Shown here one piece after another: positions 11,640 to 25,689 of a DNA stretch of 64,000 nucleotides. Location: assembly GCF_947568905.1 (NCBI RefSeq), contig NC_079171.1, positions 65,534,001 to 65,598,000 of the forward strand. The letters run 5' to 3'. The number at the start of each line of letters is the position of its first letter. The first letter of the stretch is position 1. Both the position numbers and the translations under genes were made by a program. The stretch comes from Ostrea edulis (taxonomy: Eukaryota). The notes beneath the pieces were generated by a model. The model was not told the DNA's origin. It saw only the letters and a list, made by a program, of their open reading frames with translations, and ran no database searches.

Positions 11640-14600
11640 ACAATATATCGTTATGTATTTAAAGCCCATTTCACTGAGCTATATAAATTATCACTGTTAC
11701 AAGAGGTTTCATTTAGTCTACAATTCATTTTATCTTCACCTCATATTTATAAATAATCAGTGCAATGAAAGAAATCAAAATGTTAAGAGTCTCTGATAGA
11801 TTTATTTCATTATAAAATCCTATGACAATATGTTTCCAAGATATGTCAATATTTAATACATTGTTAATCCTTTTCCATATTCTTTTAAACGTTCTGTCGA
11901 CATATATCATGTGTTCTATGTTTTCAATTTCACCACAGTTTTCACAATATTTTTGTATATTTGGATTCCATTTGCTAACATTATTATTCAAAATTTTATA
12001 TAACAACTGATAGTTAAACTCTGATATTTGGTTGTTTTTTTTTTTGGAAAACATTTCGACTTTTAGTAGATAAATTGTCTTCCATCAATATTTTGAAATA
12101 TCAAACCTTTCTGTTCAAATGTTTCTGTAATTGGCTTAATAAATTTGTTATCAACTAATATGTCATATAAGAAAGATGATTTAATATTCAATATATCAAC
12201 AAAGCTATATCCTTCAAATAATACATGTATGAAAGGTGAAGGTAACGAACAGTGGTCAACCCCATAACTTCTACAAGCAATAGAAAATAGATAGTTAGGC
12301 AAACACGGACCCATGGACACACCGGGAGTGGAGTCATGTGCCTAGGAAGAGTTAGCATCCCCTATCGATCGGTTGATTTAGTACTAATACAGGGAGTTGT
12401 TTTTGCAGTGAAATATACCTGCAAAGCGGTTGCACATTGTTTTTAAAATATAGTATTCACAGATAATACTGTTTCTATGAGAGATTAAATCTTGATAATA
12501 TTTTAAATATCTAAATACACCATTATTATCATATAAGTCTTTGGTGTATAGAAGTCCTGACTTGACCCGATTATGAAAATAAATTGGATGGTTTTTGACC
12601 TGAAAAGGGTATTTTTTTCCAAATTGGGAAAAATAAGGATTCGTCTAAAGTAGTCATAGAGATATATTTATCTGGTGTGTCCAGGGGTCCGTGTTTGCCC
12701 AACTATCTATTTTGCATTGCTTGTAGGAGTTATGAGATTGATCACTGTTCGTTATCTTCACCTTGCATTTAATCATTGTGGTTTTGTTAAAAAACGCAAA
12801 TTACTTCTTAATAGAACAACGTCAGAAATGTAATATATTTATATTCTTTCACATTTCTTAAGTTTGTTTTAATTGTATATCTCAGCGATAAATTTTCTTT
12901 TTGAAAAAAGCCGCCGCTATGGCCGAGAGGTTAGAGCGATTGCCCCAGATGCGGAAGGGCGGGGTTCGAATCCCGGTCGCGACATACCTAAGTCGTTAAA
13001 ACAGGTAGTGACAGTTCCATCGCCAAACATTCGACATCAGGTGTGAATGTCACGGGTCGTCGGACATGACCTTAAAAACGGATGAACCATCTCACAGTAG
13101 GTGCGGCACGCTAAAGAACCTTCACTACGCAATGATCGTAAGCGCCGAGCATAGGCCTAAATTTTAGCCCTTCACCGGTCTTGGTGACGTGTCCATATGA
13201 ATGTAAAATTCTCGAGGAAGATCTCAAGCAAGAAACAATCAATCCTTTTTTTTTTGAAAAATATGTTCAAGAAATGTTTAGAGACTGGATTTAGTACTTA
13301 GCAGACGTGCAATACAAGAAGCTTTTAATGATTCAACACCAAAAATACTGATTCCATCTTTTAATTTCTTTCCAATAAGTGGATTTCTTTTGATTCTTTC
13401 CCCTTTATTACATAGAAAATTAAATATTTTACTGTTCATTTCCTTAACAAATTCCTCAGGCGGATTGAGAATTATCGACGCATTGCATTGTAAGTTAGAA
13501 ATAATGAAATTATTGATTATTTCTTGTTTGCCAAAAATTGTCAAATTTCATTTTTCCCCAGTTATCGAGCATGCTAATAATTTGATAAATTGTTCCTATC
13601 CGATTGTTTTGGGACACAATATGTTGTTATATCCTATAAATATACCCAATGTTTTAACTGGATTATTTGTTATAATTAGAGTTTCAATCATTTCACGTGT
13701 GTTTTTAAAGAACCTAGCAATGTACATTCTGATTTATTTAGAATAAGCATTAGACCTGTGAATCCAGATAATTGTTTTAATGTTTTAATTGCTTCCTTTA
13801 CTTATTGTACATCCTTTAAGGGGTTTGTGGAATCATGTACATGTTGTGTATTTTTGTTATTTCTCTGTTAATTCCAATTTCAAAACCATGTATTGTGTCA
13901 GAAGATTTAATTCTTGTAGCTAGCATACCTGTTGTGATGATGAACAGTGATGGTGATATTGGACATCATTGACGAATACCTCTAGTCATTTTACAAGTTC
14001 TAGATATGTAACCGTTATTCTTTACTCGAAATAAAACTTTATCGTAAAATGTTGTAATCCAGTTGTTAAAAAATGTTCCAAAATTTAAAGTTTTTAAAGT
14101 TTCAATCATAACACTTTATTCTACGGTATCAAAGGCATTTTAAAAATCTAAAAATAATAAATTGTCATCTTCGTTCTGAACTTAACATAAATAAAAATAT
14201 CTTGAATGTGTCGAAAATTATTCCCTAAATATCTGCCTTTAATAAATGCTGATTGGTTTATATTGATACATTTTGATATGACTGTATGTAAACGTTTAAC
14301 CAAAAGAAATGCACGAATTTTATAATCGCAATTTGTTAGACTAATTCGTCTATACTTTCTAACATTTGACTTTTCACCTTTTTTTTTATAAACAATACTT
14401 ATTCTTGACAGCCTCTACGAGTTTGGGAGCTCTTTACTTTCAGCAGATTTCATCAAATAACTGAAAAAAATAATGCCTTATATCATTCAAGAAAATGTTG
14501 TAAAGTTTAACTGATATAGAATATGTACCTTGAGCTTTATTGTTTTTCATATTTTTTATTCCGTCTTTGCATTCGGATAAAGTTTAGAGACCCTCGCATA

Positions 14601-14690
14601 TATTTTTTTCACATTCTTTAGTTTATTTTCAATACTTGTTTCTCAGATGTAATTCTTGATTCTACGCTTCCCTTATCCGAAGAATACAGG
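11640..14690 (-). mobile_element. L1/Tx1-clade LINE ORF2 relic (RT through C-terminal zinc knuckle), with nested insertions
   Basis: Minus-strand YRRISLTNCDYKI, QSAFIKGRY, LFLDF.NAFDTVE, NKSECTLLG..KTLGIFIG, TIFGK..PPEEFVKEMN..KRN.LIG, CENCGEIENIEH. Confidence 0.88.
12910..13245 (+). mobile_element. Full-length tRNA-derived SINE with target-site duplication
   Basis: A box tggccgagagg, B box ggttcgaatcc, conserved body; tttttgaaaaa repeated at 12898-12908 and 13251-13261. Confidence 0.9.
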
Positions 14691-15499
14691 TATTCATTAA
14701 AATGGACAGGGGATCCTCACTCCTAATAGACACCTGGTCTCACATTTAGTGTGTCCAGAGATCCGTGCTTGCCCAACTATCTACTTTGTATTGCTTATAG
14801 GAGTTATGAGATTGATCATTGTTCGTTATGATCGCCTATGTGGTCCGAAAAATGATTTTAAGCAAGACGGAACAAAGCTTATGATACATAGTAGCAATGA
14901 TCTGCATAAAAACCTGCATATGAGGATGTGGTTGATAACGTCAACCTTCCACTAGACAAGTATGCAGTAGTGTTCATCATATCACTGGTAGTGGTAGGTC
15001 ATTGGTTAAAACGTCCACATGGTAAACCAACATATTTTGAGCCCAAGACCCATGAATCACCCACCATAACAAGTGAGAGTCACGTATTTTAGTAACTTGA
15101 TTTAAACAGATCTTCGATGTTGTGGTGGGTTCTGACACGTTTAATAATCATTAATGAGACGGCTATGAACGTTAAACGTTAACATAAATATATGACGAAA
15201 CGAAACATAGGTTCTTAAAGAATCTTCTTAGGACGCTTCTATATTTACCTCCTCGATTTAAAATCCGATGCCACCAATTATGAATACGTAGAGGTAGCAT
15301 GGAAGTAGAAAAAAAACTTCGGAAATCAAGTTCATCACATGCAGTGGTGATGCTTGACTATGGCCAATCACATTGTTTGGTTCTGATATATACCAAAGTT
15401 GTTTAGAAAACATTTGTGAAAGTTGCAATAAACTCTATTCACTGGATACATATTACGCATAATTTATTTCTAAATAAACCAAAATGCGTTTTATTGACT

Positions 15500-16470
15500 A
15501 TTGAAAGACGAAGATAACGAATCGTGATCAATCTCATAACGCCTATAAGGTATACAAAATAGACCCCCTGGATCACTAGCAATACCAGGGACCAGGTACC
15601 TAGGAGGAGTTAGTACCCCCTGTCGACAGATAACACCCGGCGTGAGCCCTATATCCTGATCAGGTAAACGGAGTTATCCGTAGTCATAATCAGTGTGTAA
15701 AGAACTGTCTAAAAATTGGAATCAAACACGTCAGAGAGCATTTGACCTAATTATAGGTTGTATTTGGGAACTAGATCATCATAACGACCATATAATTTGC
15801 TGATTCTAAATGTGATTGTTGGAACCCCTGTGCCATCAGCTTGTTTGTCAGTAGCCTGCTTCGATTTAAAAACCTGACAACACGCAGAAGAACATCTTGG
15901 GTATCGAATCATGTGACTGCACCTTTGTAAATTATAAGCATGACTATTGCTGGAAGTGTCTGTAAAATAATGTAATCATGTTTCCAAGGTCATTTGTTAA
16001 GAAGTAGAGTAGTGATTATGAATCACACCATCCGTTATCGAAAATAATTTAAAGAAAGTATAGCATTTATATAGTTACTGCTATTAACTGTTGTCCGCAG
16101 TCAAAATCAGTGTGCCAAGAACGGCTTAACAATCGGTATGACACACGACAGACAGCATTTGGCCCAATGGTAGGTTGAATTGTCGAACTAGATCGTTATA
16201 ACGACCATTTAATTTGCGAATTGCTGACTGCAATGGATACTGTTGAAATCCCTGTATCATCAACTTGTTTGTCAGTAGCCTGAACCAATCTAAAAACTGA
16301 CCATACGAAAAACAAGTTCTTGCGTATCGAACCCGTTGAGATATCTGAACATTATATGCAGGTGAGAGTTGAATACTACTGCATACATATGGGAGTTGTT
16401 GATGGAGAAGCTAATTCCGTAAATCCCAAAAAGGAATGCAAAATTGACAATTGGGCAAAGACAGACTTTT
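15500..16470 (-). mobile_element. Two adjacent Penelope-like fragments (15500-15900 and 16090-16470)
   Basis: Reverse complements of the 3' terminal segment and RT C-terminal region. Confidence 0.75.
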
Positions 16471-16499
16471 GAAGACAATGTCAAGTTGTGGGTGATTAA

Positions 16500-16985
16500 G
16501 CATAGTCTTTCCGCACCAGGAGCTATATTCAGCACATACAATGCCTATTGTTCATTTAACAAACTCCTCTCGCAATATATTACTTCGCCCATCAAAATAA
16601 ATCCGCGATAGTATATCTTCGTTTTGACTAAAGTCATGCTTAAGCAACTGCGCTGTGAATTGCCATTTTTTCAGCAGAATGATTGTTTGGAACGTGTAAC
16701 TGACCGCAATTCTGAGTCTAAACTACAAATCAAACGCTGTTATGGTATATGTTGTGGCGTTATGTTAAATTCCTGTAGCATTTTAAAAACTCCAAATGAC
16801 ATATTAGATCACATGTATGGTGTCTGAGTACAAAACCAATCTTCCCATTCCACGCTATTGTGTCTGTACCTCCATCCATGAATTTTACTTTTTTTTTCAA
16901 AACCACGTTTCCCAAGCATTTGTATACATTGTACAGGGAAATATATATCTAAATAAAGCATAATAAGGGTTAACATTTTATTCAT
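16500..16985 (-). pseudogene. Decayed LRR/TLR-like 5' region, copy 2
   Basis: ATG at 16985, MNKMLTLIMLYLDIYFPVQC signal-like start; colinear with 4900-5415 and 39940-40392. Confidence 0.4.
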
Positions 16986-17629
16986 TCCCAGGGTAGTCAG
17001 AATTAATTCCAATAATTAGCGAACAAAATAATTCCTAGTTGATATCAAATAGAATCAGTCGGTATGTAAACCGAGAAAGGAAACTTCATCTCCAGTGTTC
17101 AGAAGTAAACGTTACATCAATTATACACCATTAATAGTAGTATATAGCAAGCAGAATCAATTCAGATCTAAATGCAGTAAATAGAAATATATCTAGTATG
17201 TAGTTCATGACATAAAATATAGTATTCTAAATAGCTATATGTTATCGCAAATAAAATCAATCCTATTCGATGAAGAGGTGAAGAAAATCAAAAGTGATAA
17301 ATCTATTAAATTATTTAATTATTACTAAATTAAGAGATGGACAAATACGGCATTCGACATTCCAAGGTTGTAATCAATCGCCAAAGGGGAAGTACTGCAT
17401 CCCTTATCGATATGTCACACATTATCTTCACCTTTCATATGTAAAATTGAATTCCTATGAAAAGCAAGATCAATCTAAATGTACAGCAAACAAAATAAGT
17501 CATAGCGTACAGTACACAAAATCAATCTTAGTGTTTACCAAGTAAAACCAGTCTTAGTGCATGGCAAAAAAAAATCAATTTTAGCAAAGAAAAATTCTTA
17601 GAAATTAACAAATATATTCAATTTTATTA

Positions 17630-17835
17630 TCGCTTGATTCCCTATTGTTTAACGTCCCTCTTGAGAATATTCCACTCATATGGAGATGTCACCATGTAGG
17701 CCTATGCTCGGCACTTATGGTCTTTAAGCAGGGAGGGATCTTTATCGTGCAAAACCTGCTGTGATACGAAGACCATCCTCATTTAGTCACCTTTTACGAC
17801 AGGCAAGTGATATTGGGGACCTACGCTAACTCGGG
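17630..17835 (-). mobile_element. SINE fragment
   Basis: Reverse complement of SINE tail (tttaacgtccctcttgagaat..cactcatatggaga); longer orthologous copy at 41040-41275. Confidence 0.75.
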
Positions 17836-18089
17836 TCGTCATTGAATTTAATATAATTGTTATTGTTATTATCATGTTGTTATTGTGATAAGTCAATATT
17901 AACAAATTATTAGCATTCATACCTCAGTTACCTCTTGTTAACACCTTTCAACATTAACCGTAACTTCAGAAGTCTGCACGGGTCTCCTAATTTTACAACT
18001 GGACAACTTGAAATGTATTGCCAAAATAAGAATAATGTTGGTTTCCCCAGTTTCGATCTAAAGTAAGGAACTAGGTGACGAAGTCACGA

Positions 18090-20090
18090 TTACAATGAGT
18101 ATTTACATTGCATATAGTGTAGCATAGATACAATTTGTAACGTGTAAAGGTCACCCAGTCAAGTGCTGATTTCGCTCGTTGTTACTTTACTTGCGTGATC
18201 AGGGGAAAGACCCAACAGCATCTTTCGAAAAGATAGCTCATTATCGAGGCAGTATAAGTTTCATCTGATACAGTTCGCTACACACACCCCTGCTCGGGAA
18301 GCTTTGCCCAGATGCTTAGTGTGAGTCCTTTCTGAGCCTTTGGCACCTGCTTAGTAACGACACCCGCTGTTCCCGTTGACAACAGTCGTCGTTCCCTGAC
18401 GTCCTTATCCAAATATTCGAAGATACTCTAACTCAAGAAGGCCTCCTAGCAAACACCAACATTTGATATAAATTGAACCCTTGTATTCTTCCCCGCCTCT
18501 GTTATTTGTAACTGTGTTAAAGCTAGGTTTCGTCCCTACATTGCATTATTGTTATCCATGATACTGTCCTTGAGTTCGCAAAAAAAAAGGTTAGTTACCT
18601 GTGGCTAGTCTGCTCTTCTGTAAGGATAACCTCTACTTTTAATCGTTTTGTCTCGCATTCTCCAGCTCCCTTTGTTGTTGGACGTCCCCATTTTCCAGAT
18701 GAGACATGCAATTTTGAAAGATGAAAATATGATTAGTATGCATGTCTTCCTTTTCAATCTCCATGACTTCATATTGATGAGGTATCTTGTTGAGCTTCTC
18801 TGTCATCCCTGAGCTTTAGTTTTCTTGAACGTCCAGAGAGGCCCTGGAGTATTTGTTTTTCATTTGCGTGAGCTGTGCTTGTCAGTAAGTCTCTTTCCCC
18901 CCAACCTTCCTGTGAGTTTGGTTATTTAACTCTTGATAACGTTTTGTTCTGAAATCCACATATCCCAGCAGTCATTATACAGTTGTCTCTAACAAAGCCT
19001 TAATTTCTCCATTAGCTCCCAATCCTCCTAACAGTGTTTCACCAGCTCTATTAATTTCTCTCACGTCTCATCTGTCTGTCTTGAGCTTCATTATATTCAG
19101 GATTTATTGCCGTGAAGTATACTACTTTTTTTTACGTCTTTGTTTCAATAGTGAATTATCCTCTTTCAAAGATGAAACGTTATGCTGCTGTTCTTCACAC
19201 AATACCCTAACTTCTCGATATTCACTGATTTTTGGTTTTTCTTTTCCTTCACAGATCTTCGCTAATCTAATATAAGTTTTTCTTCCCCGTTTTCATGCAT
19301 CAAACATAATTGGGCTTGAGTAGATTATTCTCACATATGACTTTTTGATATTTGAAATTTTCCGTATTCCCTTTTTGCAGCATTTATTCCATAATATCAT
19401 ATATATTGCATTCTTCACTGATGCTTTTTTTTTCCTTTGTGACGACATCGTATGAGATACTCTGGTCAGCTGTTCATCTACGAATATTGGTGATACTTTG
19501 TTCAGCAGTGAATGTATTTTTGATGAAAATTTCAGAATATATTCTTGATATTGTCTTCTCATGTTCTGCAGCTGAGTTCCACAGGTTCCTATCAAGGTAA
19601 TTACATAATCGCTGTTTCATGGAATAATGAAATTGAGAAATATTTAGCCTCACATCTGGACTAAGTTGAGGCGCAGATGTAAGTGAACCATCCTTCAAGC
19701 AAAAAGATAACTCCTATGTCTGTCGACAAAATCTCTTTGAAATCATGTTTGATTGAATCCACAAGAATTTTTAGATTGTGTTGTTTTTTTTACCATTGAA
19801 AATTGGCATACTTTGTGTGGGCTCATTAAGATTAGGAGTTTCATCATTCTCTTGAAATTGGTTCGTATTGTTGCACAAATTGTGTCCAATGTATTCATTT
19901 CAATATTCAAATATCTGCACATTGTCACTGGATATATGATAATGAGAGTTTATATTTCTATCATTAACCTGATAAGAAAATGGTGATTAATTCATTGGTT
20001 GTCTTCACATGTAGCTGCCAGGTATAGTTTCTTCCGAGTTTTTGTTATAGCCATCATTGTGATTATGCATTTAATATTTGACATCGCATT
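18090..20090 (-). pseudogene. Intronless coiled-coil protein pseudogene, copy 2
   Basis: Remnant ORFs 19474-19698 and 19293-19595; colinear with copies 1 and 3. Confidence 0.6.
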
Positions 20091-20559
20091 TGCCACAGAA
20101 ACATATTACTGGGTCAAATGCTGTCTGACGTTTTTCATACCGAGATCTTTCTTGGCACACTGATTTTGACTATGGATAACTCCGTTTACCTGATCAAGAT
20201 GCAGGGCTCACGGTGGGTGTGACCGGTCGACGGTGAATGCTTAATCCTCCTAGGCACATGATCCTACCTCTAGTATATCCAGGGATCCATGTTTACCCAA
20301 CTCTCTATTTTGCATTGCTTATACGAGTTATGGTATTGATCACTTTTATTTCCCTCTCCTAATTAAGATTAATCATTGGAGAGAATAACATACTTTTTCA
20401 CCTATTCATTATGTTTACACTTCATTAACAGCTAAGAAGAAAAAAAAACGCTGTCGTCAATTATTACGAATTTATTTGATAAAGAACAAGTTAAAAATTA
20501 ACATATCTATTTAATTAAATATTATTACAATAAATAAATAATTTCAAACTGTTAGTGTC

Positions 20560-21098
20560 CTTCACTCAGTTATATCTTTTTCACACCTGTCAACGTTAAC
20601 CGTGACTTCAGAAATCTTCACGAGCTCTTATTTTTACAACTCGACAACTAATTACTGACAAGTAACTCTGATCACTAAGTCAAACTGCTAACGACATTCT
20701 GTATTTATACGTAACAGATGCTTATGAAGACCCGGATTTAAATAAGTAGATATCTAAGTCACCATTACAATGAGTATATATATATGTTTTAAAAGCAAGA
20801 CATATATAAGAAAGTATATCAATAAAACAAGAAAAACATAGAAACATTCGTTACTTTTCAAGCTGTGCCACATTCTCAACATAATCACGGTTATTTCTAA
20901 TTATAAACAACAAGATCGGGATCGAGATATCCATGACATCGTCCGAATTCCTGTAATGTTGAGGGGATAAAAAGCAGTATGTAAAGATTTCCCGATGTAT
21001 GTCAAGTATAAACGATGAGACATATGTTTTATAATAATAAAGTGACAATATAACGTGGTAAATGATACTACTGTAGTAGGGATTTGTATAGAGACAAA
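20560..21098 (-). pseudogene. Block C putative terminal exon remnant, copy 2
   Basis: Acceptor AG at 21099-21100 (minus); ORFs 20851-21120 and 20901-21113 are frameshifted pieces. Confidence 0.4.
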
Positions 21099-21129
21099 CT
21101 GCACAAAACACAAAAATCAACCAAAATCT

Positions 21130-21770
21130 GCCTTTTCTCTATAAATAAATAGACGTTACATAAAAATTTATAACAAGTATACAGTAAACAAAATTATTCT
21201 TAGTGTATGTTAAAGAAAATAAATATCAATGTGTAGTAAACATAATCAATTGTAATAGATTGTAAACAAAATAAATCCTAGTGTAAAATAAAAAAAAATA
21301 TATATTCTAGTGTATAGTACAAAATCAACCCCAGTTTAAAGTAAACATAATCAAACACTACTGTGAAGTAGATAAAACCAATCCTGAAGTATACTAACCA
21401 AAATCAATCTTAGTGTGTAGTAAACATAACAAATCCAATATATAGTAAAAAAATCAATGCTAGTGTAAAGTAAACAAAATTAAACCGTGCAGTAAACACA
21501 ATTAATCATAGTGTATGCTAAACTAATGCATCTGTACAAATTGTACAGCAAACAAACAATAGTACATAGTAAACGTAATCAAACCTAGTGCATGTCATAT
21601 CAAATAAATCCTTGTGTACGGTAAACGAAATTAACCCTAGTGTGTAGTAACGGAAATGAATCCCAGAGTGTTGCAAACATAATCAACTCTAGTGTATAGT
21701 AAACAAAATCAATCCTAATGCATCGTAAACAAATCGACACTGGTATATAGCAAACAGATTAAAATATAGT
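21130..21770. repeat. Degenerate 26-bp satellite array
   Basis: aaacaaaatcaatc(c/t)tagtgt(a/g)tagt monomers. Confidence 0.8.
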
Positions 21771-24060
21771 GTGTGGATAACGATATGAATATTGCTGATC
21801 ATATTGAATCCAAGTTGTCAATGTCGACGGAGTCAATGTTAAATGATGTTGAAGAACAACACCGGTTAACAATAATTGATACAGTAATTAGAGTGGGTAT
21901 TATCTTTATTGAAATGGACAATACCTTCGAGGGTGTTTTTATACTTGCTAGGCGTCCATTGGGATATGACGTCCTTCAATTTTATTCCCAAAATGCAATA
22001 CGGCAGTTTTCGTATGTGCATATATTAGATTTTTATTCTGTCGAAAGTGTTCAAAGAGTTCGTACATTTAAAACACAGATCGCAAATCATAGTTTATGCT
22101 AAGGTATGTAGTGGAATATAATGTATTCATTGCATTGTGTATGCTTATAATATCATAATAATAGTCGTAAAACGTTACAATATATTTATTTTAATTCAGG
22201 TTGTTGAAACTTCGCTATACTGTTATTAAAATCAATTGATTGGCCAGTAACCTCTCTAACAATTGAGATGTTAGACTGTCGATAACATCTCTATCCAATT
22301 AGATACACAGATATGAAGCAGATAAAGAGGACTAAGTGGTATCGACTATGCTATATCGACTCCGAATTATTGATAGATAAATTGTCTTTAATATAGCTAA
22401 TGTTGAGTTAAATGTAACATCATATTTGTTTTGTAATCACGTGACCAAATTTCATTAAACTACAATCACAGTAGTGTTATGTGCAAACAGAAGAAACTAT
22501 GTTATCCAACTAAGGCAGCTGTATCGAATCATATTCAGCAAGCAACTTATCTAATTATCGTATTAAGCATGACTTACTACGTACAGAAGAGTGTATGATG
22601 TGTTATTTTGTTTTGGTGTATCTTTTTTACGAAATTCTAATATTGACATCATATTTATTTTCTAATTCTGACAAGGACTCGGCTTCGATATTATCCTAGA
22701 TATCATCAATTAATGATATACCTAACAAATGATGAATTCATGCATTGTAGTGACAAAAACAATTAATGTAACACAACCAGTTGTGTTAATTGAGTTAACA
22801 ATACAAGGGATATGTACATTTCAAAGGTAACGTGATCATATATTAAAAGTTAGCTGAATACTTAGCTATTATAGCTAATTATCAAATAACCATGCATACA
22901 TGTAAGGTCACGTACTTGAGAGCCCTCAATAACGTTAATACTTACTATGATACATTAACTCATATCAAGAGACACACACGCCGTCTTAAAGTTATGTTCG
23001 AAAAACTTTAGACTCTCAATTGGCTTTCCACAAGCTGGAATATAAAAGACAGGTACCAACTTTCAGTGTCGTAAGATAGATGATTGAACACGTTTGTTTC
23101 ATAAATACGCCATTCGCATCAAAATGTTGCAGGAAATTGTTATTGTAAATGTAAAATGTTACTGACCATCTACACATACACACATAAGAGTCTCGTCAAA
23201 AGAAACCGTATCCTACAGTTCTGAATTCATACATTCTCGCAAGTCAATAAAAATAATGGTTCAAAATATATCTAAAATTTTCAGTATGTCAACAATGACA
23301 CATAAACGCCGTCTTAACGTTATATTCGAAAGATCTTGAACTCTCAATTGTTATACCACAAGCTGGTGAATGAAATCTAGTTACCAACTTTCAGCATCGT
23401 AATATTGAGGATCGAATACGATTTCTATGAGTACGTCATTGGCATCAAAATAATGCATGGTATCGTAATGTAAATATAAAATGTTACTTTCCATAATGCA
23501 GGTAAAAGTCTTCTCATTAGAAACCGTGTCCCACATTTTTGATTTCATATATCTTTTGCAAGTCAATACAAATATTGATTCAAAATATATCCACGATTTT
23601 TACAAAGCATTACATCCATGGCTTCATTTTTTTTATTGTGATAGAGGAAATCCAGATAGAATGGACTCGAGGTTTTATTCCATATACTTTAATCCAGGTG
23701 TGTGTAGATTGCTGTAAATAAATTGGCGTTCTTTGAAAAGATACAGTATTTATCTATCGATTCATTCAAACACCTTACATCTCTAAAGGCAAAAACCTAA
23801 AAGTACAGATGCACAATGAAATATCACAAAAATGTAGGAATTCAATATCCAAATACCCATTCACGTCAAAATAGTTTCCAAAATATTTCAGGCATTGAAT
23901 TCCTGACATGCGAAATCATTGCATTATTGGTCAGTCATAATTCACACGAAAGATAAGCAGTTTGATAGTGGACAATATTAACAATTCTTTACAACTTGTC
24001 ATTGGAGTATATGTTGTCTGGTGAGCTGAAACGAACCGTTAGGCACTTCTTTGCAAGCTT
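21770..24060 (-). pseudogene. Decayed LRR-LRRCT-transmembrane (TLR-like) sequence, block D, with internal duplication (22900-23280 ~ 23290-23600)
   Basis: Remnants QLRVQDLSNITL, YTHLDxS, a Cys-flanked LRRCT-like stretch (YCDCMLLKF in the 51.2-kb copy) and hydrophobic VLSISIKIIPTLITVSIIV; many stops and frameshifts. Confidence 0.35.
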
Positions 24061-25689
24061 ATTTTCATGTCGGAGTAACCCTCTTATCTGGTTAAGGGAA
24101 AGAGTTCGCACAGGGTGTGACCGGTCGACATAATATGCTTACTCTTCTTATCACTTGACCCTACCCCTGGTTTGTTCGAGAGTCCGTCTTTCCAAACTCT
24201 AATTGTTTGTATTCCTGAAATCAGTTATGAGATCTAGCAATATCGTTACTTTACGTTTCAATTGCACAACTCAAACATGCGTAACGCCGACTGTTATCGA
24301 CCTTAACCTCAGAAAATAAAAGTTAAGATGTGCTCACTCTTAATCGAACATGGACTACAAATTCTAGATAGTGCAGTCACTGTTTGACCGGTCGACAGGG
24401 GATGTTTACTCCCCCTAGGCACCTGTTCCCATCGCTGGTATATCCAGGACTACGTGTTTCCCCAACTCTCTATTTTGTATTGTTTATAGGGGTCACGAGA
24501 TTGATCTTCGTCTTCCATTGTAAATATGCAATCCAAGTAAGTACAATTTCAAAATCAAAGAAGCCAGTCCATGAAGAATAGAAGTATTTTTTACCACATG
24601 TATGCATGGGCCAAAGCTACATTTGGGAAGAACGGGATTCAGTCTTAGATCACATGGTAACCCTAAAGCTTCCAAATCGGTACACATGTACCTTTGACAA
24701 ACATTGGCATTACAAACTCAAAATGTCTTTCATTCGGAAATCCCATCAGCAATGCTATGTAATGCTGAAAAACAGACGTGACTGTTCAATGTAACGAGCT
24801 TGAACAACATACATGAGTGAATGTCCGGAAAATTACTAATGTCAAATGTCAGCATTCTGCAAGTTCTATGGTCGGTATAGCGATCTAGTATGACAATACA
24901 AACTATCATTAAGTCAATTGCTATGTATGTGCTAAGGTAAACTAGTAATAAAATTTACAATTTGCCTGTTGAAAGGTACCCCCCCCCAACGAATCATATA
25001 TATCACTGTTCGTTATCTGCACCTTGCATATATCACATTTTCATGAAACCATGGGGTATAGCCTATTTGATTTCAATAATCTGATTATCTACAAAACAGT
25101 GTCACCTCATTATGGGAATAATTAGAGGGGTAGTTCTGAATCGTGTCACTTGTTATTGAAAACATTTCAACAGACATTTATTAATAATATATACAATGTT
25201 GACATCATTCAATATCATTAACAAAGTAATGTAATGCGAAATCCATCGTCCTTGTACATACTACTTTTCTGTTCTCTCAAACTTATTTATAATTCCCAAA
25301 GTTCATAGCAAAAAATGTTTATCATAGTTTGTATTGTAAAGTCTACCCTGGGAATTGTTTAATTGTTTAAAGAATCTAGCGGATGACCCATAATGTAAAT
25401 GAAATGTGTGAATATATCGAAAGGTGATCACTCTCATAAGTCCTATAAATAGAAAATTAAGAGTATGGGAAACAGGGACTCCCGAACACCTAACTATAGT
25501 TGTGGTGGGTTTGGGTATTTAGGATGAGTAAGCACTCCCTTTCTCCAAATAACCTTTTCTTCATATCTACCCTTTTTATGAAACATATGCGAAAAAACGC
25601 CCAAACAGAATACTTTTATGATTATATAATCACAGCAATAACTCGACTTTGATAAATGTCAAAGTAAAGGTCGCAGCGTGTCTTTTTGT

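Noticed and set aside
12910-12990. Functional tRNA gene
   Set aside because: A and B boxes present but no cloverleaf acceptor stem; continues into SINE body
19900-19960. RHIM-like motif (HISSDNVQI) in the coiled-coil pseudogene
   Set aside because: The diagnostic Gly after VQI is absent and copy 1 reads VRI; too weak to call
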